Assembly (NCBI GenBank): GCA_963696385.1
Contig: CAVOKF010000003.1
Coordinates: 1-64,000 of the forward strand
DNA: 64,000 nucleotides
From: an uncultured delta proteobacterium
GTDB taxonomy: Bacteria > Myxococcota_A > Polyangia > Polyangiales > Polyangiaceae
Reading direction: 5' to 3'
A model generated the notes under the pieces. That model did no database searches. It had not been told where the DNA came from and worked only from the letters and a program-made list of their open reading frames with translations. A program made the translations under genes and the position numbers. How positions within the stretch are numbered: position 1 is the stretch's first letter; every line of letters begins with the position of its first letter. Shown in pieces: positions 30,967-40,813 of this stretch.

Positions 30967-31933
30967 AGCGATCGAGTTTCGCTGACTTCACCTGTGACTC
31001 GATCCAGCGATAAGTGGGCAGAAGCCCCTCGCGCAGGTTGCAATGCGGCGCCCAGCCGAGTCGCGCGCGAATGAGGTGATTGTTGGACGTGCGCCCGCGC
31101 ACGCCGAGCGGCCCGTCGATGTGGCGAATCGAAAGTCTCTTGCCGGCGATGTCCATGATGAGTCGCACCAGCTGATGGATCGAAAGCATCTGGTCCGAGC
31201 CGACGTTGAGGGGCTCTTCGCAGTCAGATCGCATCAGACGCAGGACCCCCTCGAGGCACTCATCGACGTAGAGAAAGGAGCGCGTCTGCTGGCCGTCGCC
31301 CCAGATTTCGATCTCGTCGTTCGCCATAGCCACTTTGCGGCACAGCGCGGCCGGCGCCTTCTCGCGGCCATCGTTCCAAGATCCTTCGGGGCCGAAGACG
31401 TTGTGCAGCCGCGCGATGCGCGTCGCGAGGCCATAGTTGCGCGCGAAGGCTAGATAGAGCCGTTCGCTGAAGAGTTTTTCCCAGCCGTACTCGCTGTCGG
31501 GCGCCGCGGGATAGACGCTGTCTTCGCTGCAGTGGGGATTCAAGGGATCGAGCTGGTTGCGTTCGGGGTAGACGCACGCGGTCGAGGAGTAGAATATGCG
31601 GCCAATCGAAGCCTGCGTGCATACGCGTAGCAGGTTCAGGTTGATGAGCGCGGAGTTGTGCATGATGTCGGCGTCGTTCTTGCCGCTTGAGATGTAGCCA
31701 GCTCCGCCCATGTCGGCGGCGAGCTGGTAGACCTCGTCGAAGCCGCCCGAACACGCATCGGCACAAGTCTTGGAATCGTGCAGATCGCCGACGATGAATT
31801 CGTCCGCCGTCGTCGGGCGATAGCGGGGTCGCTGTAGGTCGACGGCGCGCACCCAAAAGTTCTCGCGCTTGAGGCGATTCACCAGGTGGCTGCCGATGAA
31901 CCCGCCGCCGCCGAGGACGAGCGCGCGCTTCAT
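30956..31933 (-). CDS. GDP-mannose 3,5-epimerase-like NAD-dependent epimerase
   Basis: GGGGFIG, QLAADMGGAGYI, PDSEYGWEKL, REKAPAALCRKV, WGDGQQTRSFLY. Confidence 0.85.
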   Translation of the reverse strand: MKRALVLGGGGFIGSHLVNRLKRENFWVRAVDLQRPRYRPTTADEFIVGDLHDSKTCADACSGGFDEVYQLAADMGGAGYISSGKNDADIMHNSALINLNLLRVCTQASIGRIFYSSTACVYPERNQLDPLNPHCSEDSVYPAAPDSEYGWEKLFSERLYLAFARNYGLATRIARLHNVFGPEGSWNDGREKAPAALCRKVAMANDEIEIWGDGQQTRSFLYVDECLEGVLRLMRSDCEEPLNVGSDQMLSIHQLVRLIMDIAGKRLSIRHIDGPLGVRGRTSNNHLIRARLGWAPHCNLREGLLPTYRWIESQVKSAKLDRSTA

Positions 31934-32752
31934 GCCTCGCCGCCACTGAAGAACCGTCGGTGGAAGTTCTCCATGTCCCACATCCGCTGCGAGTGAAAAT
32001 GGAAATGGAAATGGTCCCCCTCGGGAACTTGCCGGAATTCCGGCTTGAGCACGAAAATCCATGCTGCTGCCGCCGTATGGCTGGATGAACGTTTGGTTCT
32101 GCGTGGGCCGCTCCGCTCTGTGAATGCGCCCCGCGATCACGTCGATCGCCTCGCCCCCATATCTGTTGGCGATGAAGTGACCAACCGCCACGTCGTCGGG
32201 CATGGTCTTGGGATAGGTGGACAGGATGTGTTCCCGGCAGTTCGCCAGGTCCGCCACGATATCCCTTGAGATGAGAAATCCGGACCCCGACACGAACGGG
32301 AATCCGCTCGCGCCGTCGACCATCACGGCGCCCTGATAGACCCCCGTGCGAGGGAGGGTCTTCGCGTACTTCTCGAGTCCGGCTACATCCACGTAGCTCG
32401 ATGCACAAACCGTGTAGACGAAATCGTAGTCCCGCATGAGGTGCCGAAATGCGACCAAGCGTTTTTGCAAAACGCAGTTCGCCTGGTCGGAAAATACGTC
32501 CGCGGCGCCACACAAAATAATGTCTCCGGAGACGCAGAATTCACCCTCGGCGAGCTCTGGCTTCTCCGTCGAAATGAGCGCGTCGACCTCGACGAGGCTC
32601 GGACCGGCTCCGTGGGCGCCGTAAACATAGAAAATGTCGGCGTGGGAGGGGACTCTTGCCCACGTCGCGCGGATCGTTTGGATGCAGCGCTGATAGTGCG
32701 TGAGCCTACATCCGAGAACCAAGATTGCGATCTTCACGTCGGGCGTGGACAT
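31930..32752 (-). CDS. GT31/fringe-like glycosyltransferase; frameshift near 32050
   Basis: IRATW, LQK..AF, YDFVY, SSYVD, FVSGSGFLISRD, PDDVAVG; the alternate frame ends at TGA overlapping the epimerase ATG. Confidence 0.6.
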
Positions 32753-32895
32753 GGCCTCCGCTTTTTCGACTGTCCGTATACCACAGTCTTGTCGTGACAA
32801 AATCCGCGTCGCGGCGGTCGGCGGCTGGGTGTGCAGCAAGTGGCCGTCCTGGCCTCCGAGACAGACCGCAAACGGCTTGCGGATCGCTCATTCCG

Positions 32896-33879
32896 TCATC
32901 GGGTCGGGCGCGGCGGGCCGTCGACGCGGGGCGCGAGGCACTCGCGCCGCACGAGCGCCGAGGCTTGGCCGACGTCCGCGAGCCAGTCGGATCCCATGCG
33001 AACTTCGTAGGTGCACGCTCGGTCGACGAGCGCCCCGATGAGCCGCAGCTGCTCCGCGGACCGCGCGACCCCGTCGGCCGCAACGAGCGCGCACGAAGCC
33101 AGCGCCCTGCCGAAGGCCTCCGCGGGCCCCGTCGTGACGACGCGTGTGTGCGGCTCGACGGTCACGCACGGAAAGAGGACGATGTCGGGGGTCGCCATCT
33201 CCGGCGCGAGATTCCAGGGGAGCGCCTCGAGCGGGACTTCGCCCTTTCCGCTCGCATCGGGCTCGCCGCGAGTCAGGGCGGGGAATGCGGCGGCCGTCGC
33301 GTCGCCGAGATGAAACGGACGGGGAAAGGCGAGGATCGTCCCGCGCCCGGCACGCTCGGTGAGAAACAGCGCGTCATCGCCGAGGTAGCGCGCGCCCTCG
33401 TCGAGGAGCGAGAGGGTCACCGTCGACTTGCCCGCCCCCGAATCGCCGAGGACGAGCACCCGCAGGCCGTCCCCTCGTATCAGGGCGCCGCCGTGGAGGT
33501 GAAAGATCCCCTGGTGTCGGAGGGCAATCGAGAGAGCGATGAAGAGCGTCGTGCCGGCGAAGCCCCGGGGGTCGAGCCGGGCGATGTCTCCCTCGACGTC
33601 GATGCGCCGGCCGTCGTGCGCGACGAGGACGCGCGCACCCGGCGTGACGAGCAGGAGAGCGCCTCTTCTCTGCAGGGCGCGCACGTTGCCCTGGAAGAAC
33701 GACGGGCGAAACCCGCTTGCGTCGAGCACGCCTCGGTCTGGCTCGATCTGGATCGTCACGTCGGCTGCGCCGTTCGCCGTGGACGCGGCAAAGCCCCCCA
33801 GGAGCCGCGCGACGGGATCGCGCGGCAACGCGGGCGCGCGCCACTCGACGCGCAGTCCGTAGACGTCGACCGCGGGCAC
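32896..33879 (-). CDS. HPr kinase-related (RiPP-associated) kinase
   Basis: HLHGGAL, GDSGAGKST, YLGDD. Confidence 0.8.
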   Translation of the reverse strand: MPAVDVYGLRVEWRAPALPRDPVARLLGGFAASTANGAADVTIQIEPDRGVLDASGFRPSFFQGNVRALQRRGALLLVTPGARVLVAHDGRRIDVEGDIARLDPRGFAGTTLFIALSIALRHQGIFHLHGGALIRGDGLRVLVLGDSGAGKSTVTLSLLDEGARYLGDDALFLTERAGRGTILAFPRPFHLGDATAAAFPALTRGEPDASGKGEVPLEALPWNLAPEMATPDIVLFPCVTVEPHTRVVTTGPAEAFGRALASCALVAADGVARSAEQLRLIGALVDRACTYEVRMGSDWLADVGQASALVRRECLAPRVDGPPRPTR

Positions 33880-33897
33880 AGTGCGCCTCGCTCGCTC

Positions 33898-34173
33898 TCA
33901 GTCGCTCGTCACCAGTCCCTCGACAAGCATCTCCCGGAGCACCGGTTCGAGGTCGCGCCGCACGGTGTCGCGATCGACGCGGAAGCGTTGCGCGAGACGT
34001 TCGGCGAGAACCTGGCGCGTCGTGCCCGTCTGGGCGCTGAGGGCGCTCCAAGCGGCCACGCCGGTCGCGTTGATATCGTAATAGAACTTGGTGCCGAGAT
34101 GCAGGAGGACACCCGTGCCGTCCCGGAGCTCGGTCAGGATCACCTCGGGGCTGGCGCGATAGCTGGGCTCCAT
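33898..34173 (-). CDS. PqqD/RRE family protein (lasso B1-like)
   Basis: GVLLHL..YYDINATG..AW, LAQRFRVD..RRDL..GLV. Confidence 0.85.
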   Translation of the reverse strand: MEPSYRASPEVILTELRDGTGVLLHLGTKFYYDINATGVAAWSALSAQTGTTRQVLAERLAQRFRVDRDTVRRDLEPVLREMLVEGLVTSD

Positions 34174-34246
34174 GGCGCCCGAACCTAACACGCGGGCGGG
34201 GCGTTCTCGGTCGCGAACGAACGCCCTCGAGGCAACCGAAGCGAGC

Positions 34247-34624
34247 TCACGCGAAGCGAAACGTGACAACGAGTCGCGGGTCGGGGTCTTCGCCTACCGG
34301 CGCCCCGCCAATCTCGACCCACGCGTGGCCGGCTCCCGGGTCGTCCTGACGGACCCCCATGACGAACTCTGCGGGCAGACCCGCGCTCCGGAGCGCGACC
34401 CAGCGCGCGATCGCGCGATACAAGCACGTGTCGTGAGCGCCGAGGCACCGAGCCAGGCGCTCGGAGCGCGCCAGCGCCTGACCGGCGCGCGCTCGCGTGA
34501 CCCGGCCGGCGCGCGGAGTGATCGTGCGGAAGAGTGCGGGCAGCGACAGCGCGCGCATCCCGAACGGTAAGAGGCATCGCATCGATACGAGGTGAGCGTC
34601 GAGGACGAGGCCGCGCACGTTCAC
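34247..34624 (-). CDS. lasso peptide B2-type leader peptidase
   Basis: CLYRAIA..LR..G..FVMGVR..GHAWVE; GTG overlaps radical SAM stop. Confidence 0.85.
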   Translation of the reverse strand: MNVRGLVLDAHLVSMRCLLPFGMRALSLPALFRTITPRAGRVTRARAGQALARSERLARCLGAHDTCLYRAIARWVALRSAGLPAEFVMGVRQDDPGAGHAWVEIGGAPVGEDPDPRLVVTFRFA

Positions 34625-35709
34625 CGCCGGATCGGCAATCTTGTGCGCGCCGGCGCCTGCCCCTTCGGCTCGCCCCACGCGCCGACCCACCGCTCTCGCC
34701 CTGCGCCCGGCCCCGCAGCGCCGTCGTCGGCCCAGTGGGGCTTGCCAAAGTGCTTCAGGCACCAGTTGCACGGGAGGTGGTCCCACGCGTCGAGCTCGCC
34801 CTCGGCGAGCTGCCGCACCTTCGCCACCTGCGTTCTGTGAATCAAACCGAGGAGCTTGATGTGGGCCTCGGCGATCGTCGTCGTCCGCAGGTCCGCGACG
34901 ACGTCGCTCTCGCCGCTCGGCGGGCTCTCCGATCGCGGAATGCCTGCATGCTGACAGCAGAGATTCAGGTGGCCGGTCACGTCGACGTGGAGCTGCTCGG
35001 AGCGAAACGGCTCGCAGACGTGAAAGGGGTGCTTTTGCGGCCACCCCTCGGGGAGGCTGACCGCCATCTTGAGCGTCGCGGCGAGGCGATCGACGCGATC
35101 GGCGATGGATTGCCAGCCGGACACGGGCAAGAACAGCGCATCGTCGTGGGACGTGCCGGTCGGTTGGAGCACGGCGAACGAGGCACGCTCGGCGCCAAGC
35201 TGGCTCGCCAGGAGGCCGAACGCCTCGACCTGGTGGTGGTTGACGGCGTTCACGACCATCTGGAGCACGAACGGGATCCCGTGGGCGACCGCGAGCGTCG
35301 CGGCGGTCATCACTTCGCGAAAGCTGCCCTTGCCGCGGATCCGGTCGTGCGTGGCTTCGTCGGCGCCGTCGAGGCTAAGATAGACGTGCCGCATCGACGA
35401 CCGACGCGGCGGGCTGTCGTCGAGCCGGTCCATCAGCCACCCGAAAGTCCGGCCGTTCGTGACGATGTGCCAGGTGAGGCCGCGCTCGGCGATCGCGTCG
35501 ACGGCGTCGACGAAGCGCGGGTAGAGCGTGGGTTCTCCGCCCGTCATCGCCACGTGCGTCGTCTTGTACGTGCGGGCGACCTGGTCGAGCGCACTCGTGA
35601 AGACTTCGAAGTCCAGATCGAGCGGCGCCCGGCTCGGATCCCGCAGGCAATGCTTGCAATCGAGCTGGCAGCGATCGGTCAGGTGGAAGGCGAGGTTGCA
35701 GACGGCCAC
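34621..35709 (-). CDS. radical SAM protein with C-terminal SPASM/twitch-like cysteines
   Basis: CQLDCKHC, TGGEP, TNG, SLDG, C..CC..CNWC. Confidence 0.88.
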   Translation of the reverse strand: MAVCNLAFHLTDRCQLDCKHCLRDPSRAPLDLDFEVFTSALDQVARTYKTTHVAMTGGEPTLYPRFVDAVDAIAERGLTWHIVTNGRTFGWLMDRLDDSPPRRSSMRHVYLSLDGADEATHDRIRGKGSFREVMTAATLAVAHGIPFVLQMVVNAVNHHQVEAFGLLASQLGAERASFAVLQPTGTSHDDALFLPVSGWQSIADRVDRLAATLKMAVSLPEGWPQKHPFHVCEPFRSEQLHVDVTGHLNLCCQHAGIPRSESPPSGESDVVADLRTTTIAEAHIKLLGLIHRTQVAKVRQLAEGELDAWDHLPCNWCLKHFGKPHWADDGAAGPGAGRERWVGAWGEPKGQAPARTRLPIRR

Positions 35710-35729
35710 GAGGAGCTCCTGACGCGTGC

Positions 35730-36998
35730 GTGTCGACGGGCCGTCGACCGCCCACCGACCTTACTCCGCACCGTCTTGTCGCGCGGCGTCCTTCTTCAGC
35801 CGAGTTCGATAGCGCCGCTCGCTTTCTTCGAGCTCATTACCGATGCTTCCTCCGGATGCACGCGCCCCCTCCCGCTCGACCGCCCACGCCCGCCGAGCGA
35901 TCTCTTCTCCTGGCCACCGCCGGGCTCGCTCCCGGATGGGGAGGCCCGACGGGCCCGCTCGACTGGGACTTCCTCGTTCCTTATGCCTGCAGACATCTGC
36001 TTCTTCCTGCCCTGGGAAGCGCGGCGCTCCGCTCGGATCCGGCATTCGCCCTGCTCGGGATTCCTCCGGACGCGCGCGGCGCGATGAGGGACGCGGCGAT
36101 CCACAACGAGATGCAAAATCATGTGCTTCTCGTCGATCTCGCGGAGGCCGTCTGCGCCCTGGATCAAGCCGGAATCGGAAGCATCGCGCTCAAGGGCGCG
36201 GGGTTGATCGCACGCTTTGCCGACCTCTTGCGCACGCGTCACACGGACGACATCGATCTCTGGGTCGAGCCGGGGTGCGTCTTCGAGGCCGACCGGATTC
36301 TCCGCGCCCGCGGTTATGGCGATCTCGTGCACGCGTCCGAGCCGGTTCCACGCTACGACGGATCTGCCCGCTCGGCGCCCTTGCGGCAGGAAGCCCACCA
36401 ACTGCCGGTGCTGGTGAGCGTGCGGGGCACGCCGCTCGAGATCCATCGCCGTCCGCCGGCAGCGCCAATCGCGACCGCCGCTCGCTGGGCGCAGGCCCTC
36501 GCCCGCGCCGAGCACGTCATCGTGCACGGCGTACGGGTCCGGATTCGGGATGCGGGGTCGATGCTCCTCGATCTCTGCACCCACGTCGTCGTCCATCACG
36601 GCGCGAAGCCCTGCCTATGGCCGCGTCATCTGCTCGATGTGGAGACGCTCCTCGGGGGTCACCAGCACCTCTTCGCGGAGGCCGCGGCGGCCGCTCGCAT
36701 CGCCGACCGGATCGCGCTCGGGGTCACCTCCGCCGTGCGCGGGCAGGTCCTCTCATCCGCCTCCGAGCCGCTGGCGCGCCGGCTGGTCCTCCCTCTCAAG
36801 TCCTTCGTTGGATGGGGTTGGTACAGCCTGGCCGAGCAAATCCTTGGCTACGCGGCAAGAGGGCCAGGGAGCCTGGCGCGTGCGCTCTGGCCCTCGACGT
36901 CGTTCCTCCGCGCGCGCGGCTTCGACCCCGACCGCGGGCGCCTGCGAGCCCATCTGGCGCGCGCACGCGATGTTGTCGCGAGGGCAGGTGCGCGATGA
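35730..36998 (+). CDS. nucleotidyltransferase family protein (lasso-cluster type)
   Basis: IALKGAGL, RHTDDIDLWV, LEIH. Confidence 0.8.
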   Translation: MSTGRRPPTDLTPHRLVARRPSSAEFDSAARFLRAHYRCFLRMHAPPPARPPTPAERSLLLATAGLAPGWGGPTGPLDWDFLVPYACRHLLLPALGSAALRSDPAFALLGIPPDARGAMRDAAIHNEMQNHVLLVDLAEAVCALDQAGIGSIALKGAGLIARFADLLRTRHTDDIDLWVEPGCVFEADRILRARGYGDLVHASEPVPRYDGSARSAPLRQEAHQLPVLVSVRGTPLEIHRRPPAAPIATAARWAQALARAEHVIVHGVRVRIRDAGSMLLDLCTHVVVHHGAKPCLWPRHLLDVETLLGGHQHLFAEAAAAARIADRIALGVTSAVRGQVLSSASEPLARRLVLPLKSFVGWGWYSLAEQILGYAARGPGSLARALWPSTSFLRARGFDPDRGRLRAHLARARDVVARAGAR

Positions 36999-37299
36999 GT
37001 CACCGCGCCAGACGAGCGCGGCGTCCCGATTCTCGCGAGTGAACGTGTTGCGGACGACACGGGCTCGACGCACGGAAGCGGTTACGGCAAGTTAGACAGA
37101 GGGCGGCGGGGCCGAGGGTTCGCGACGGCGTGCATGGAGGCGTGGGGGGGTCGATGCAATCGCTCAAGATACTTTTCGGCGCGAGGTTTCCCTCCGCCTG
37201 GTGCGCCTGCTCCAGCGGCGCGCCCGAGCGGTGAATCTCGCAAATCTCTTTCGAGCGCGCGGGCCGCACCGGGCGCGAGCCACACCCCGCCCATTGTCG

Positions 37300-37817
37300 A
37301 CGGCAATGTGGACGTCGTCCACGGCACCTCGATCAGCGCGTACTTCGACATGACCGATCTGGGCGGCGGGTGGACCGAGGTCCTCGACCAGGACCTCAAC
37401 GTCGCGCCCGGCTACGAGAGCAAGACGAGCTGGGCCGGGCCGCTCAACATCGGGGCGCCAAACGCCGGACAGTATTCGATCGTGAACCTGCTCGCCGCGA
37501 TCCACAGCGGGACGAACTACACTTCCTCAATCACTACCCTCTCCTCATACCTACAGTACCCTCTCCTCAAATACCTACAGTATCCTCTCCTCAATACCTT
37601 CGAGGATCCGAGGACCCTCAACAACACGCTCCCGACGCTCGTCGGAAGCGTCGTCGAGAGTCCGGCCAGGCAGACAGGCGGCTGTGCAAGATCCCCCTGG
37701 AGCGCTATCTACCTGTCGTCCCAATCGGACTACCTGATCGCCGAGGGGACCCGCAGCTGCGGGTTCTTTGCGGTCGGCACGAACGGGGAATGGAACGGGG
37801 CAGTTCCCTGCGAATAA
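37300..37817 (+). pseudogene. fibrinogen C-like domain remnant
   Basis: AYFDMTDLGGGWT resembles VYCDM..GGGWT; interrupted by an AT-rich tandem duplication at 37535-37599. Confidence 0.4.
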
Positions 37818-37848
37818 CCAGCCGACCTCACCCCGAGAAGGACTTGTC

Positions 37849-38019
37849 ATGAACCCCAGAGACCAGGCGCCCCTCGAAGCCGAAAGCCACGAAGACTCCG
37901 AAGACGACGCCCGCGCGCCCTACGAGAGGCCGCGTCTCACGAAGAAGCGATCGGTGGCACGCGTCACCCTCTTCTCCGGACACGGGGCCATGGGCGCATC
38001 GGGCCTGACGAGCTCCTGA
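37849..38019 (+). CDS. RiPP precursor with lasso-type leader
   Basis: GAGAAGGA RBS; YERPRL (YxxPxL), Thr(-2) in VTL, core FSGHGAMGASGLTSS. Confidence 0.78.
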   Translation: MNPRDQAPLEAESHEDSEDDARAPYERPRLTKKRSVARVTLFSGHGAMGASGLTSS

Positions 38020-38079
38020 ACGCCAGCGGCTCCGCCAGGAGAAGGACCCCCTCGAGGTGCGTCGATTCTCTCTCCGTCG

Positions 38080-38345
38080 GCGAGCGCCAGCCGATCGCCC
38101 TTGGCCCGCCTGCTCTGCGCGGATGCGTCGCTCTTCCTCCTCGACGATCCCGACGCCAACCTCAGATCGCGCGGGCATCGCCCTCGTGGCTGGGCTCATT
38201 CGCGAGCTCGAGGGACGCGCCATGGGCGCGTTTGCCGCACGCACGCCGGAGCTCCTCGAGGTGGCTGATCGCGTCGTCGTCCTGAGCGGCGGCCGGGTGG
38301 TCGAACCGGGCCGGATGCACTCGGCCGCGAGGGCGCAGAGGGTCA
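38080..38345 (+). pseudogene. ABC transporter ATPase C-terminal fragment
   Basis: IALARLL..LFLLDDPDANL, ADRVVVLSGGRVVE; frameshifted. Confidence 0.65.
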
Positions 38346-39377
38346 GCGGCGTGGCTGAAAGCTCGCCTGGCCGTTCACGCTGGGACCGTTCGTGAGTTGA
38401 AACGGCAGCCGGGCGCCGGGGATCCCCAGGAGCGTGAGCTCGGGGTTGTCGGCCGCGTAGCGCGTGCTCGTGACAACGAGCCGACTGCCATCCGGCGAGA
38501 ACGCCGGCTCGGAGTCTCCCTGCACGGAGAACGGCGTGATCGCGTTCGTGCCCGTCGTGAAGAACACGACCTGGGTGGACGTTCCGCCCCCCGAGCCCGC
38601 GGCCGTTTCGGTGAAGGCGATCGTCGCGCCGTCGGGCGAGACTGCCGGGCCACCAAGGATGCCGGCCCCCGTCGTCACCTGCGCAAGCCCACCTCCATCA
38701 GGTTGTACCGACCACACATCGAATCCTCCCCCGTCAGCGCGATCGCTCGAGAAGTAGACGACGCTGCCATCGGGCGCCCAGGCTGGGGAGTTGTCGCGGA
38801 AGCCGCCCGCAGTAAGCGCGGCGGCCGTTCCACCCTCAGCCGGAATCGTGTAGAGGCCGCCAGGTCCTCCCACGACCGACCACGCGCCGTCCGGTGACCA
38901 GGCGGGAGAGACCACGTCCGGGAGGCCGGTCTCGATCGAGACGATCGCCGCGCTCGCGACGTCGACGACGAAGAGCCGATACAAGCCCGCGTCGCTCCCG
39001 CCGTTCGAGGCGAACGCGAGCGTCACGCCGTCCGGCGACCAGGCCGGGAAGAGATCGGAGCCGGGCTGCCGCACGATCGGGTGAAGGTCGGTGCCGTCGT
39101 CGTGAACGAGGTAGAGATCGAAGTCGCCGGTCCGGTTCGAGGTGAAGGCGATCCACGGACCGCCGGCACCCGCGTCGGTCGACGGAGTGTCCGCGTCGTC
39201 GACCGCGGGTTGCACCGATGCGGCGCCTTCCGCAAGGCCATCCGCGTCCGGGGGTTGATCGTTCGAGGTGTCGAGCCCCGGACGGGCTGCGTCGAGCGTG
39301 CCACTCGCATCCGGGCTACCGTGGCCGCACCCCGCGACCCCGAGTAGTGCGCAAGTCAGCGATGTCCCCACCCTCAT
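38343..39377 (-). CDS. TolB-like PD40-repeat lipoprotein
   Basis: VAGC lipobox; repeated PAWSPDG. Confidence 0.85.
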   Translation of the reverse strand: MRVGTSLTCALLGVAGCGHGSPDASGTLDAARPGLDTSNDQPPDADGLAEGAASVQPAVDDADTPSTDAGAGGPWIAFTSNRTGDFDLYLVHDDGTDLHPIVRQPGSDLFPAWSPDGVTLAFASNGGSDAGLYRLFVVDVASAAIVSIETGLPDVVSPAWSPDGAWSVVGGPGGLYTIPAEGGTAAALTAGGFRDNSPAWAPDGSVVYFSSDRADGGGFDVWSVQPDGGGLAQVTTGAGILGGPAVSPDGATIAFTETAAGSGGGTSTQVVFFTTGTNAITPFSVQGDSEPAFSPDGSRLVVTSTRYAADNPELTLLGIPGARLPFQLTNGPSVNGQASFQPRR

Positions 39378-39921
39378 CGAGCGCCCCCGCGAGACGTATA
39401 CCTCCCAATCGAGGAGCCCGTCAAACAAGAGCCGCGCCGAGGTGCCTCGCACATCACGCGCCGTCAGTCCGTCCGAAGTTCAATCGGCTTCGCGGGGCGC
39501 GCGCGATGTCGTTGCGAGGGCCTTGCGTCGCGAGACCAGTGGCTGACGCGACGCATCGTTTCCCTGGCGCGCTGAACCGCACGATCGAGGGGTGAAAATC
39601 GCCCCATTCGCGCGGTGTGCGGGGCGGGAGGATCACGCCGAGCACGAGTTCGCCCCGAGCGTTGACCTTCGGCAGAACGCGGACGTCTGCGAAGCCCTTG
39701 GATTTCGCGAGGGCTTCGAGGGCCCCCATCAACACGCGCACGCCGAGCGATAGCTCCATAAGCTAAACATTTGATCAGCATCTCCCACGCGTCAAGCGAC
39801 TCCTGGGAGACCGACCGCCACGGCCATACGCCGCCGGCCGGTCCAGGCCGCCTCGCTGGAGCGCTTGATCCCGGTGACGCGGCGAGCGGAGTTTCCCCAA
39901 CGTGAAAAACGGGGCCCCCAT

Positions 39922-40105
39922 ATCCGGTGACGAAAATGACGAAACTCGGCAGGGCCATTGTTGCTGCCCTCCCGCGTCAGACCCAAGCCCTCTGAATCCG
40001 GTGACGAAAATGACGAAACTCGGCGGGCTATCGTTGTTGCCCTCCCGAGTTGTTGACCCAGCGGTCCCGACCCGTAAACGAAAAATGAAAGAACTCGGCG
40101 GGTCG
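39922..40105. repeat. three ~74-bp degenerate direct repeats
   Basis: ATCCGGTGACGAAAATGACGAAACTCGGC at 39922 and 39996; variant near 40075. Confidence 0.75.
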
Positions 40106-40172
40106 TGGTCACGGCCTCGCGTGGGGCTGTTCCAGAAACATCCCCGTTCGATCTGCAGCGGTCGGCATAGGC

Positions 40173-40760
40173 CTATCCGGGCAGATGCATTCTGCCCTCG
40201 ACGACGACCGTTTCGCCGCCGACTCGTACGCCCGTGATCACGCCCTCGTGCTTGTCCGACTCGACGTCGAGCAGACTGGGGCGCCCCATCTCGAATCCTT
40301 GCTCGACACGCCATCGAAATGTGCCCGATTCGCGTGGATCTCGAGCGCCGAGGTAGGCTCCGAGAGCGACGCACGCCGCGCCCGTCGCCGGATCCTCGGC
40401 GATGCCGATCCCGGGCGCAAACATCCGCGCCCGCACGTCCGAGGCAGCCCGTTCGGCATCGCGCGAAAAGACAAAGACGTTGTGCGCCCACTGGCCGCGC
40501 AGCACCGCTTCCCACACCTCGAGTCGAATGCGCGCCCTGGCTACGGCTGCCCGATCGCGCAGTGGAACGAACAAGAAGGGCACGCCGCAGGAGACGGCCT
40601 CCGGCGACCAAATGCCGTCGAGCAGGTCGTCAAGATCGAGCGAGCGAACTTCCGCGAGGCGTGCGCGCGGCGGGGCAGGGGGACCGATCTCGGGCAACTT
40701 CGCGACCGAGAGCTGCTCGAAGACCGGGACACCGCCGAGAGTCCGAATGACGACCGGCAC
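40173..40760 (-). pseudogene. PhzF family epimerase, 5'-truncated
   Basis: VSCGVPFLFVP, RARMFAP..GI.EDPATG, EQGFEMGRPS. Confidence 0.8.
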
Positions 40761-40813
40761 GACACCGACGTAGGCCGAATTGTGTCCGGGCGGGCGGGGA
40801 ACTTCAGTCTAAG

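Noticed and set aside
30956..32839. 627-aa glycosyltransferase-epimerase fusion
   Set aside because: An alternate frame ends in TGA overlapping the epimerase ATG; two genes with a frameshift is more likely
32725..36087. Long + strand ORFs (487 aa and 517 aa) and similar Arg/Pro-rich ORFs elsewhere
   Set aside because: Antisense shadows of real genes in high-GC DNA
39922..40105. Possible mini CRISPR array
   Set aside because: Spacers resemble each other, repeats degenerate, no cas genes
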